From positions 1 through 16,073 of IMG/VR virus record IMGVR_UViG_2667527592_000011: DNA of 16,073 nucleotides; one strand, written 5' to 3'. Source of the DNA: a virus. Lineage: Duplodnaviria > Heunggongvirae > Uroviricota > Caudoviricetes. Below the pieces are notes generated by a model. That model worked only from the letters and a program-made list of their open reading frames with translations. It made no database searches and was not told the DNA's origin. Positions 7,853 through 15,649 of this stretch are shown here, piece after piece. The stretch's first letter is position 1; every line of letters starts with the position of its first letter. The position numbers were made by a program, and so were the translations under genes.

Positions 7853-8187
7853 ACAGTTTAACAACACACTACCGTCGCTCGCAACTGATTGCGCTTCCTG
7901 TACCGGGTGGAAAAGCGAAGGTGGAGTATTGCTATGCAGTAAATGTACCAGGTGGCAGGGTAATTGTAACCCACAGCTTTGCAGAGTGGGCTGTGGGTGA
8001 TTTCAACCGGCAGAAGGAGACAGTCCTTTGCGACAAGTTAACCGCTGGTTCAAAGATCACTACGGAGTGCCCGTCAGAGTCATTCGTTGGGAGCCGGAAA
8101 CACAACGGGTTATCTACCTCCGCGAAGGTTATGAGCATGAATGCTTCAGTCCGCTCGAACAGTTTCGTCGTAAATTCAGGGAAATAG
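7849..8187 (+). CDS. YmfM-like protein (112 aa), possible SOS-associated cell-division inhibitor; 3' half has a competing reading frame
   Basis: ATG at 7849 overlapping the upstream stop (ATGA); length and position (after the cII-position gene, before the O-like gene) match e14 ymfM (from memory). The 3' third is Ser/Thr/Asn-rich low-complexity sequence, while another frame over 8001-8207 reads protein-like. Confidence 0.4.
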   Translation: MNSLTTHYRRSQLIALPVPGGKAKVEYCYAVNVPGGRVIVTHSFAEWAVGDFNRQKETVLCDKLTAGSKITTECPSESFVGSRKHNGLSTSAKVMSMNASVRSNSFVVNSGK

Positions 8188-8196
8188 AGGTCGGTC

Positions 8197-9138
8197 ATGA
8201 GCACTAAATTAACCGGCTATGTATGGGATGGTTGCGCTGCATCAGGCATGAAGTTATCCAGCGTGGCAATTATGGCCCGCCTGGCTGATTTCAGTAATGA
8301 CGAAGGTGTGTGCTGGCCATCAATTGAAACCATTGCCCGTCAGATTGGCGCGGGGATGAGTACCGTCAGAACGGCTATCGCACGGCTGGAAGCAGAAGGC
8401 TGGTTAACGCGTAAGGCGCGTCGCCAGGGTAACCGCAATGCGTCGAATGTTTATCAGCTTAACGTTGCGAAGCTTCAGGCAGCGGCATTTTCTCAACTGT
8501 CAGATTCTGACCCGTCAAAATCTGACGCATCAAAATCTGACCCGTCAAAATTTGATGCGTCGAAATCTGGCAAAAAAGCGGGTTTTCACCCGTCAGAATC
8601 TGGCGGGGATCCGTCAGTAAAATCAAAACATGATCCGTCAGATAAAAAACCTTCTCGTCCGGACGCTTCGCAACCGGACACGCAGACGGCTGAACAGGAG
8701 TTTTTAACTCGCCATCCTGATGCGGTTGTATTCAGTCCTAAAAAGCGCCAGTGGGGAACGCAGGATGATTTGACCTGCGCACAGTGGCTCTGGAAAAAAA
8801 TCATCGCTCTGTACGAGCAGGCCGCTGAATGTGACGGCGAAGTGGTACGTCCTAAAGAACCGAACTGGACAGCCTGGGCAAACGAAATTCGCCTGATGTG
8901 TGTACAGGATGGGCGTACTCACAAACAAATCTGCGAGATGTACAGCCGCGTCAGCCGCGATCCGTTCTGGTGCCGTAACGTGCTCAGCCCGTCGAAGCTG
9001 CGGGAAAAATGGGATGAGCTTTCCCTGCGCTTATCGCCGTCCGTCAGCACGTACACAGAAAAACGCGAAGATCCGTACTTCAAAGCCAGTTACGACAATG
9101 TGGACTACAGCCAGATCCCGGCAGGATTCAGGGGGTGA
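8197..9138 (+). CDS. Replication initiation protein, O-like (N-terminal winged-helix DNA-binding domain, iteron-encoding repeat linker)
   Basis: GAGG 7 nt upstream of the ATG. N-terminal HTH region (SVAIMARLADFSNDEGVCWPSIETIARQIGAGMSTVRTAIARLEAEGWL); central repeat PSKSD/ASKSD/PSKFD/ASKSG encoded by 15-bp direct repeats; follows the cro, cII-position and ymfM-like genes as oweE does in e14. Confidence 0.7.
   Translation: MSTKLTGYVWDGCAASGMKLSSVAIMARLADFSNDEGVCWPSIETIARQIGAGMSTVRTAIARLEAEGWLTRKARRQGNRNASNVYQLNVAKLQAAAFSQLSDSDPSKSDASKSDPSKFDASKSGKKAGFHPSESGGDPSVKSKHDPSDKKPSRPDASQPDTQTAEQEFLTRHPDAVVFSPKKRQWGTQDDLTCAQWLWKKIIALYEQAAECDGEVVRPKEPNWTAWANEIRLMCVQDGRTHKQICEMYSRVSRDPFWCRNVLSPSKLREKWDELSLRLSPSVSTYTEKREDPYFKASYDNVDYSQIPAGFRG
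8514..8650 (+). repeat. Iteron-like direct repeats inside the O-like gene (candidate phage replication origin)
   Basis: Four tandem 15-bp units CCGTCAAAATCTGAC / GCATCAAAATCTGAC / CCGTCAAAATTTGAT / GCGTCGAAATCTGGC (8514-8573), further CCGTCAG-containing copies to about 8643, then an A-rich tract GATAAAAAACC. Confidence 0.55.
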
Positions 9139-9140
9139 TT

Positions 9141-9629
9141 ATGAGTCTTTTGAATGAAGTTCAGAAATTCATTGAAGCCCATCCGGGGTGTACTTCCGGA
9201 GACATTGCGGATGCTTTGGCAGGTTACTCACGGCAGCGCGTTCTGCAGTCAGCAAGCAAGTTACGTCAGAGTGGGCGTGTGGCTCACCGTTGTGAAGGAG
9301 ATACACGCAGACATTTCCCACGCCTGACTGAGAGAGCGCAGGAGCCGGAACCACAACCAGTTCGTGAAACCAGACCTGTGCGCAATTTCTATGTCGGCAC
9401 TAACGATCCCCGGGTGATTTTGTGCCTGACCCGCCAGGCTGAAGAACTGGAGTCAAGGGGCTTATACCGTCGTGCTGCAACGGTGTGGATGGCGGCATTC
9501 CGTGAAAGCCACTCCCAGCCAGAACGAAACAATTTTCTGGCGCGTCGTGAGCAGTGTTTACGGAAAAGCAGCAAGCGTGCTGTATCGGGTGATGAGTGGT
9601 ATCTGTCAGGGAATTACGTGGGGGCTTAA
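9141..9629 (+). CDS. PerC/Pch-family transcriptional regulator homolog with an N-terminal winged-helix-like extension
   Basis: Preferred start ATG at 9141 (GGGGGTGA upstream); the ORF track starts at a GTG at 9135. C-terminal signature GLYRRAATVWMAAF...FLARREQCL resembles the PerC motif GLWRRAA..W...RR..C (from memory). Confidence 0.55.
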   Translation: MSLLNEVQKFIEAHPGCTSGDIADALAGYSRQRVLQSASKLRQSGRVAHRCEGDTRRHFPRLTERAQEPEPQPVRETRPVRNFYVGTNDPRVILCLTRQAEELESRGLYRRAATVWMAAFRESHSQPERNNFLARREQCLRKSSKRAVSGDEWYLSGNYVGA

Positions 9630-10282
9630 TGAGTAATAAATATTGCCAGGAGCTGGTGGAACTGCGGAACAAACCAGCCCATGAACTGAAGGAAGTGGGC
9701 GATCAGTGGCGCACGCCGGACAACATTTTCTGGGGAATTAACACCCTGTTTGGCCCGTTTGTTCTGGATCTGTTCACTGACGGTGATAACGCCAAATGTG
9801 CTGCGTATTACACGGCGGAAGACAACGCGCTGGCGCATGACTGGTCAGAACGTCTTGCGGAGCTTAAAGGTGCTGCCTTTGGTAATCCCCCATACAGCCG
9901 CGCCAGTCAGCATGAGGGGCAATACATCACTGGCATGCGTTACATCATGAAGCATGCCAGTGCCATGCGTGATAAGGGCGGGCGCTATGTTTTCCTGATC
10001 AAAGCTGCCACCAGCGAAGTGTGGTGGCCGGAAGATGCGGACCATATTGCTTTTATTCGCGGGCGTATTGGTTTTGAACTGCCTGTCTGGTTTATCCCGA
10101 AAGACGAGAAGCAGGTACCGACAGGCGCTTTCTTCGCTGGTGCTATTGCTGTTTTCGACAAGACCTGGAAGGGACCGGCAATCAGCTACATCGGGCGCGA
10201 TGAACTTGAGGCATGTGGTGAGGCGTTTTTGGCGCAGGTTCGCCAGCAGGCAGAAAAACTTGTCAGGGAGATGGCGGCATGA
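9629..10282 (+). CDS. Phage Dam-type DNA N6-adenine methyltransferase
   Basis: Catalytic motif FGNPPYS (NPPY). ATG at 9629 overlaps the upstream TAA (TAATG); the ORF-track extension from 9596 has no ribosome-binding site. 217 aa. Confidence 0.75.
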   Translation: MSNKYCQELVELRNKPAHELKEVGDQWRTPDNIFWGINTLFGPFVLDLFTDGDNAKCAAYYTAEDNALAHDWSERLAELKGAAFGNPPYSRASQHEGQYITGMRYIMKHASAMRDKGGRYVFLIKAATSEVWWPEDADHIAFIRGRIGFELPVWFIPKDEKQVPTGAFFAGAIAVFDKTWKGPAISYIGRDELEACGEAFLAQVRQQAEKLVREMAA

Positions 10283-10605
10283 CGACGTTAACTCAATGCC
10301 AGCAGCAGGTGCTGGATATGCTGATTTCTTACCAGCAAGAGCGTGGCTTTCCGCCAACCAATCAGGAGGTGGCAACCATGCTGGGATACCGTTCAGTGAA
10401 TGCAGCGGTGGAGCATCTTCGCGCACTGGAGAAAAAAGGCGTCATCACGATAAAGCGTGGCGTGGCCCGGGGGATCACGCTTCATACCGCAGTGAAGGAC
10501 GACGACAGCGAAGCGGTCGGTATCATCCGCGCACTGCTTGCCGGTGAGGAGAACGCTAGGTTGCGTGCAGCCCACTGGTTACATGAGAGGGGCCTGAAAG
10601 TATGA
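10279..10605 (+). CDS. LexA DNA-binding-domain-only protein (no S24 peptidase domain)
   Basis: LTQCQQQVLDMLISYQQERGFPPTNQEVATMLGYRSVNAAVEHLRALEKKGVITIKRGVARGITL parallels the E. coli LexA N-terminus ([65 protein letters not shown], from memory). Only 108 aa, so the cleavage site and Ser/Lys dyad are absent. ATGA overlaps on both sides. Confidence 0.7.
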   Translation: MTTLTQCQQQVLDMLISYQQERGFPPTNQEVATMLGYRSVNAAVEHLRALEKKGVITIKRGVARGITLHTAVKDDDSEAVGIIRALLAGEENARLRAAHWLHERGLKV

Positions 10606-10991
10606 AGTTGATCCTTCCTTTCCCGCCCAGTGTGAACACGTACTGGCGACACCCCAACAAAGGGGCATTTGCTGGTAAGAGCCTGATAAGCGAGGTGGGG
10701 CGAAAATTTCAGAGCGCGGCGTGCGCAGCAATAGTTGAGCAGTTACGTCGTCTGCCGAAACCAACGTCGGCACCTGCTTCAGTGGAGATCGTGTTGTTTC
10801 CGCCGGATAACCGGATCCGTGATCTGGACAACTATAACAAGGCGCTGTTTGACGCCCTGACCCACGCGGGTGTGTGGGAAGACGACAGACAGGTGAAAAG
10901 AATGCTGGTGGAGTGGGGACCGGTTATCCCGAAAGGGAAGGTCGAGATCACTATCAGTAAGTACGAGAAAACGGCGGGTGCAGCCGCCTGA
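10602..10991 (+). CDS. rusA: RusA-family Holliday junction resolvase
   Basis: 129 aa; PFPPSVNTYWRH and DLDNYNKALFDALTHAGVWEDDRQV match the RusA signature (PWPPSNNRYYRH, DLDN...FDALT); GAGAGGGG upstream of the ATG. Confidence 0.85.
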   Translation: MKLILPFPPSVNTYWRHPNKGAFAGKSLISEVGRKFQSAACAAIVEQLRRLPKPTSAPASVEIVLFPPDNRIRDLDNYNKALFDALTHAGVWEDDRQVKRMLVEWGPVIPKGKVEITISKYEKTAGAAA

Positions 10992-11010
10992 TTAAGAGGA
11001 GAAACGAAGT

Positions 11011-11820
11011 ATGAATAATCTGATGGTCATTGATGGTATTGAAGTTCGTCGTGATGCTTATGGGCGTTACAGCCTGAACGATCTGCATCGCGCAGCAGTA
11101 GCATCTGGTGCAAATGCCAGAACCAAGGAGCCAGGAAAGTTTCTTTCCAGCCAACAAACTGTTGAGCTTGTTCATGAATTGACCAACACCCAGAATTTGG
11201 GTGTTGACCCGGTGAGTGTGATTCATGGGGGAAATGAACGGGGAACGTATGTCTGCAAGGAACTGGTGTATGCCTATGCAATGTGGATCAGCCCGTCATT
11301 CCATCTGAAGGTGATCCGTACTTTCGATATGGTAACCAGCGCACCGGAAAAATTATCCGGGCAGGCTGCTGACAAGATGCAGGCTGGTGTGATTCTGCTG
11401 GACTTTATGCGCAGGGAGTTAAACCTGTCTAACTCATCAGTGCTTGGTGCCTGTCAGAAACTCCAGGAGGCTGTTGGCTTACCGAATCTGGCACCGCGCT
11501 ATGCTATTGATGCTCCTGCTGACGCGCCTGATGGCTCAAGTCGCCCCACGCTGTCGCTGAGTGCACTGCTGAAACAGTATGGTATCCGCCTTACGGCTAA
11601 TCAGGCATATCACCAGATGGTGAAGCTGGGGATCGTCGAGCAGCGCGAACGATACAGCCGTACCGCGATTAACAACATCAAAAAATTCTGGTCGCTGACA
11701 GCGAAAGGCTGCATGTTCGGCAAGAACATCACCAGTCCCGCAAATCCGCGCGAGACGCAGCCGCATTTCTTCGAATCCCGATTCCCTGAGCTGTTAAAGC
11801 TGCTCGATACCGTTCATTGA
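11011..11820 (+). CDS. KilA-N domain protein
   Basis: Strong ribosome-binding site AAGAGGAG; N-terminal KilA-N-like region (VIDGIEVRRDAYGRYSLNDLHRA...VIHGGNERGTYVCKELVYAYAMWISPSFHLKVI). Confidence 0.65.
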   Translation: MNNLMVIDGIEVRRDAYGRYSLNDLHRAAVASGANARTKEPGKFLSSQQTVELVHELTNTQNLGVDPVSVIHGGNERGTYVCKELVYAYAMWISPSFHLKVIRTFDMVTSAPEKLSGQAADKMQAGVILLDFMRRELNLSNSSVLGACQKLQEAVGLPNLAPRYAIDAPADAPDGSSRPTLSLSALLKQYGIRLTANQAYHQMVKLGIVEQRERYSRTAINNIKKFWSLTAKGCMFGKNITSPANPRETQPHFFESRFPELLKLLDTVH

Positions 11821-11821
11821 G

Positions 11822-12817
11822 GTGACTGTGAGAGCACTACTGACCCCTGAAATTGCCCCGCGTATGGGGATCGTATTGTTCAGACCTGGTTCAGAGCTGA
11901 TGCCCCTGTTTATGCAGGGGCGTGTCCTGCTGGAGCCTGAGCCGGAACGTTATTCATCTTTTGCCAGTGGTGCCGTTCCGGCGGCATCACAACCGCTGGC
12001 GGATGATCCTGTCGTTCGGGCCGTGTTCCGCAATGAGGCAGTGATCCGTCGTGCTGGTGGCGTGGAATGTCTTGAAAGCTGGTTACTTCGTGAAAAGGGC
12101 TGTCAGTGGCCTCATTCCGACTGGTACAGCGAGAACATTACCACAATGCGACACGCTCCGGGCGCAATCCGTCTGTGCTGGCACTGCGATAACCAGCTGC
12201 GCGATCAGTTCACGGAACGGCTGGAATCAATGGCAACGGATAACTGTGCCCGCTGGGTGTTGTCTGTTGTGCGTCGGGATCTCGGTTTTGATGATAGTCA
12301 CGTTGTGACAATGCCGGAACTGTGCTGGTGGCTGATTCGTCATGATCTGGCGGATGCCTTACCGGAAAGTGCAGCCCGTAAGGCACTGAGATTACCAAAG
12401 CCTGTTGTGCCGTCTGTCACCCGGGAAAGTGACCTTGTGCCTTCGGTTCCTGCCACCAGCATCATCCAGGATAAGGCAAAAAAGGTGCTGGCGCTGAAAG
12501 TGGATCCGGAGTCGCCGGAGTCTTTTATGTTACGCCCAAAACGTCGCCGCTGGGTTAATGAAAAGTACACGCGCTGGGTTAAGACGCAGCCGTGTGCATG
12601 TTGTGGAAAGCCTGCTGATGATCCCCACCACCTGATAGGTCACGGTCAGGGTGGAATGGCTACAAAAGCGCATGACCTCTTTGTGTTGCCTTTGTGCAGA
12701 AAGCATCACGACGAGCTGCATGCGGATACCGTGGCATTTGAAGAGAAGTATGGCTCCCAGCTGGAGCTGATATTTCGTTTTATCGATCGTGCGCTGGCAA
12801 TAGGCGTGCTGGCCTGA
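11822..12817 (+). CDS. DUF968 / NinG-like protein with a C-terminal HNH-type Cys/His motif (YdfU-like)
   Basis: C-terminal CACCGKP...DPHHLIGHGQGG...LPLCRKHHDELH; sits directly upstream of Q as ydfU does in Qin (from memory). Start is uncertain: GTG at 11822 or 11828. Confidence 0.6.
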   Translation: MTVRALLTPEIAPRMGIVLFRPGSELMPLFMQGRVLLEPEPERYSSFASGAVPAASQPLADDPVVRAVFRNEAVIRRAGGVECLESWLLREKGCQWPHSDWYSENITTMRHAPGAIRLCWHCDNQLRDQFTERLESMATDNCARWVLSVVRRDLGFDDSHVVTMPELCWWLIRHDLADALPESAARKALRLPKPVVPSVTRESDLVPSVPATSIIQDKAKKVLALKVDPESPESFMLRPKRRRWVNEKYTRWVKTQPCACCGKPADDPHHLIGHGQGGMATKAHDLFVLPLCRKHHDELHADTVAFEEKYGSQLELIFRFIDRALAIGVLA

Positions 12818-12834
12818 TTTTGTGGAGAAAGTTG

Positions 12835-13206
12835 ATGCGTGATATTCAAATGGTTCTTGAACGTTGGGGGGCATGGGTGGCAAATAATCACGAGGATGTG
12901 GAATGGTCATCTGTTGCTGCAGGTTTTAAGGGATTAATTCCTTCGAAAGTAAAATCCCGCCCGCAATGTAGCGATGACGATGGCCTGATCATTAGCTCTG
13001 CGATGACAGTTCTTAAGAAAAAGGAACCGTATCAATACGAATTACTGGAAATGTATTATGTGTATGGGGTTACATTACGGGCGTTGGGGGTAAAACTGGG
13101 GATATCACTTAATCAGGTTGTTATCAGACTGCAGAAAGCTGAAGGGTTTATTGACGGTTGTCTGGCAATGTTGGGGGTATCTTTAGAAATTGATTGTTAC
13201 ATATAG
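12835..13206 (+). CDS. Q-type late-gene antiterminator (phage 21 / DLP12 QuuD-like family)
   Basis: ATG at 12835 with GGAG 8 nt upstream; N-terminus MRDIQMVLERWGAW...SKVKSRPQC...RLQKAEGFIDG parallels QuuD-type Q proteins (from memory). The ORF track's TTG at 12820 is less likely. Confidence 0.7.
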   Translation: MRDIQMVLERWGAWVANNHEDVEWSSVAAGFKGLIPSKVKSRPQCSDDDGLIISSAMTVLKKKEPYQYELLEMYYVYGVTLRALGVKLGISLNQVVIRLQKAEGFIDGCLAMLGVSLEIDCYI

Positions 13207-13281
13207 TAATAAATTCAATCAAAGTAAATAATCATATTTTATTATAACCTCCTGATGATACCTGTTCATTGGGAGGTTATT

Positions 13282-13899
13282 ATGGATAAAAATGTAGAGC
13301 ATGTATTAGTTGATGCAATTGAAAATAAGCAATCTTTAACAGTCGTTTACTTAGGAGGGAGCCAGCCCGGAACATTAAGGAATATTTCTCCGATTAGTAT
13401 AAATGGGGATAAATTGCGGGCAAGATGCCATAGTTCTGGAGCAGTAAAGGTTTTCAATCTTGGGAAAATACAGTTACCCAGTGACTCCTGCGCGGTATCT
13501 ATGCACTATGGAGATTTAGAAGTTAAAGCTTATGAGACGATGCAGAGCGTAAATGACAACTTTCATGCCCTTTATCCTGAAGGACGATGGGGTGTTGATT
13601 TTAATGAGCATCGCTTTGCTTTATTTGATTTTTTTAAAAACGGGAAACGAAAAAAAACGGCATTTATGGCAATTGAGTTCAGGGAAAGAGATGAAGAGAA
13701 AATAATAACAGGTGTAACAATTGATATTGGTATATCTGGAACAGTGATTTCTGAGAAGTCCCGAATCCCAAAAAGACGACCATGGGTAGTGGTTGGTCCC
13801 GAACACGGAGAATACAGTACTTATTCAACTTTGGACAAGGCTGCTACAGCGTTTTTTGAGAGGCTATCGTTGATAGCATCCGGCCTGGAAGATAATTGA
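13282..13899 (+). CDS. Hypothetical protein, AT-rich cargo (moron) gene, 205 aa, unknown function
   Basis: GGGAGG 5 nt upstream of the ATG at 13282; stop TGA at 13897-13899. Markedly AT-rich (about 38-40% GC by eye) and Lys/Ile/Asn-rich against its flanks; lies between Q and the holin, the usual cargo slot of lambdoid phages. No recognisable catalytic motif. Confidence 0.6.
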   Translation: MDKNVEHVLVDAIENKQSLTVVYLGGSQPGTLRNISPISINGDKLRARCHSSGAVKVFNLGKIQLPSDSCAVSMHYGDLEVKAYETMQSVNDNFHALYPEGRWGVDFNEHRFALFDFFKNGKRKKTAFMAIEFRERDEEKIITGVTIDIGISGTVISEKSRIPKRRPWVVVGPEHGEYSTYSTLDKAATAFFERLSLIASGLEDN

Positions 13900-14028
13900 T
13901 TTTATGTTTGGTATTCAGAGTTCGCCGTGCTTAAGAAAGTCAAGATTCTAAAAATACTGAATGAGCTACTTGTGTTATAACAAAAATGCTATTAGTGTGT
14001 TAAGAGTGGTTACTTCGCCACACAACTT

Positions 14029-14054
14029 AAACCCGCCACTGAGCGGGTTTTTTG
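14029..14054 (+). terminator. Rho-independent terminator (end of the cargo gene transcript, or tR'-like)
   Basis: CCCGC (14032-14036), loop cactga, GCGGG (14043-14047), then T6 (14048-14053). Confidence 0.6.
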
Positions 14055-14175
14055 TACCTGTAAACTTGGTGCAGTACAGTAAACACGCTGGTGGTCGTGA
14101 ATACTGACTTTTTATCTTGCTGGCTTTTTAGACAAGAGTTATTGGTATGTTATGTTAACCAGAAGGGAAAAAGAC

Positions 14176-14379
14176 ATGCTAAAACAGCAAGATATGACAG
14201 AAACCGCCGCCGCAGTCCTTCATTTCTTACCTGCTGACAAGTGGGTAACGCCACGCATGATGACGAGAACTACCGGAGTAAGCGAAGCCCGGTGCCAGTT
14301 AATACTGACTCAGTTAGTTCTGGCGGGTCTGGCGAAGGATAACGGCGGGTACGGGAATAAATTCAGACGCTGCCAGTAA
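14176..14379 (+). CDS. Small hypothetical protein (67 aa), possibly a winged-helix DNA-binding protein
   Basis: ATG at 14176 preceded by AGAAGGGAAA; the ORF-track form starts at 14152. Segment TPRMMTRTTGVSEARCQLILTQLVLAGLAKDNGGYGNKF has an HTH-like character; directly upstream of a methyltransferase gene. Confidence 0.4.
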   Translation: MLKQQDMTETAAAVLHFLPADKWVTPRMMTRTTGVSEARCQLILTQLVLAGLAKDNGGYGNKFRRCQ

Positions 14380-14529
14380 TGGCGGTTTCCTGCTGTGAAA
14401 ATGGGCGGCTGGTGGGTGTTGGTAGCACCTGCCAGCCATTCGCTCATGCTTACTGGTCACAAGCGAACCACGGCCCACTGCTTTAGCGCAAAAGCAGAGT
14501 GAGCCTACCAGAGTTACGCTTACTGATCC

Positions 14530-15582
14530 ATGAAAAATACTGTAAAAATAAACAGTGTTGGTTTAATCAACGCTGATTGCCTGCATTTTATTCAGTCCCT
14601 GCCTGATGATTCCATTGACCTGATTGTTACCGATCCGCCGTACTTCAAGGTGAAACCCAACGGTTGGGACAATCAGTGGAAAGGGGACGAAGATTACCTT
14701 AAGTGGCTGGACCACTGTCTGGCCCAGTTCTGGCGGGTGTTAAAACCTGCCGGAAGCCTTTACCTGTTCTGTGGGCATCGTCTGGCATCTGATATTGAGA
14801 TCATGATGCGTGAACGTTTCAACGTGCTTAACCATATCATCTGGGCGAAGCCGTCCGGACGTTGGAATGGGTGTAATAAAGAAAGTCTGCGCGCATATTT
14901 TCCTGCCACAGAGCGCGTTCTGTTTGCTGAACATTACCAGGGGCCATATCGCGGCAAAAGTGACGGCTATGCAGCAAAAGAAAGGGAACTCAAACAGCAC
15001 ATAATGGCACCGCTGATATCGTATTTCAGGGATGCTCGTGCCGAACTGGGTATAACGGCAAAACAAATTGCCGAAGCCACAGGTAAGAAAAATATGGTTT
15101 CCCACTGGTTTGGTGCCAGTCAGTGGCAGTTGCCGAATGAGGCTGACTATCGGAAGTTACAGGCACTGTTTTCCCGTATAGCGGCAGAGAAGTTTCAGGA
15201 ACAACAACTGGAACAACCACACCACCAGCTGGTGGCATCTTATGATTCACTGAATCGCAAATATTCTGAATTGCTGGATGAGTTTAAATCTCTCCGGCGC
15301 TATTTCTCCGTATCAGTCTCCGTGCCTTATACCGATGTCTGGATGCATAAACCCGTTCAGTTCTACCCGGGGAAACATCCGTGTGAGAAACCGGCGGATA
15401 TGCTCAGGCAAATAATCAATGCCAGTAGTCGACCAGGTGATCTGGTTGCTGATTTTTTTATGGGATCCGGTTCCACAATAAAAGCAGCAATGGCGCTGGG
15501 GCGTCGGGCCTTAGGTGTTGAGCTTGAGTCAGAGCGGTTTAACCAGACAGTGAAAGAGATAAACGAGCTGGTGGGGAAATAA
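14530..15582 (+). CDS. Beta-class DNA methyltransferase (N6-adenine or N4-cytosine specific), apparent orphan
   Basis: Motif [12 protein letters not shown] near the N-terminus and motif [14 protein letters not shown] near the C-terminus (beta-class order). No candidate restriction endonuclease gene adjacent within the window. Confidence 0.8.
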   Translation: MKNTVKINSVGLINADCLHFIQSLPDDSIDLIVTDPPYFKVKPNGWDNQWKGDEDYLKWLDHCLAQFWRVLKPAGSLYLFCGHRLASDIEIMMRERFNVLNHIIWAKPSGRWNGCNKESLRAYFPATERVLFAEHYQGPYRGKSDGYAAKERELKQHIMAPLISYFRDARAELGITAKQIAEATGKKNMVSHWFGASQWQLPNEADYRKLQALFSRIAAEKFQEQQLEQPHHQLVASYDSLNRKYSELLDEFKSLRRYFSVSVSVPYTDVWMHKPVQFYPGKHPCEKPADMLRQIINASSRPGDLVADFFMGSGSTIKAAMALGRRALGVELESERFNQTVKEINELVGK

Positions 15583-15586
15583 TCTG

Positions 15587-15612
15587 GTGGCCACGTCAGG
15601 TGGCCTTTTTAT
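15587..15612 (+). terminator. Rho-independent terminator after the methyltransferase gene
   Basis: GGCCAC (15590-15595), loop gtcag, GTGGCC (15601-15606), then T5 (15607-15611), 8 nt after the stop. Confidence 0.55.
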
Positions 15613-15649
15613 TTCCATTACACAGCACCCGCATCTGCGAGGTGGGGTT

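Noticed and set aside
8514-8573. Tandem 15-bp direct repeats, considered as a possible CRISPR-like array
   Set aside because: Repeats are contiguous with no spacers, lie inside a coding region and encode a peptide repeat; they are iterons within the O-like gene, not a CRISPR array.
10035-10547. ORF on the + strand (170 aa), Arg-rich, overlapping the Dam-type and LexA-like genes in another frame
   Set aside because: Extremely Arg/Ser/Gly-rich alternative-frame artefact of GC-rich coding sequence; both overlapped genes carry clear conserved motifs.
13900-14530. Searched the Q-to-holin intergenic stretches for tRNA genes, as found between Q and stx in Stx phages
   Set aside because: No segment shows tRNA hallmarks (acceptor-stem pairing with a GTTC-type T-loop); nothing convincing found by eye.
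15587-15649. Upstream extension of the holin ORF ([21 protein letters not shown]) starting at a GTG at 15587
   Set aside because: The extension overlaps the terminator hairpin and T-tract and has no ribosome-binding site; the conserved holin begins at MKSMDK (15650).
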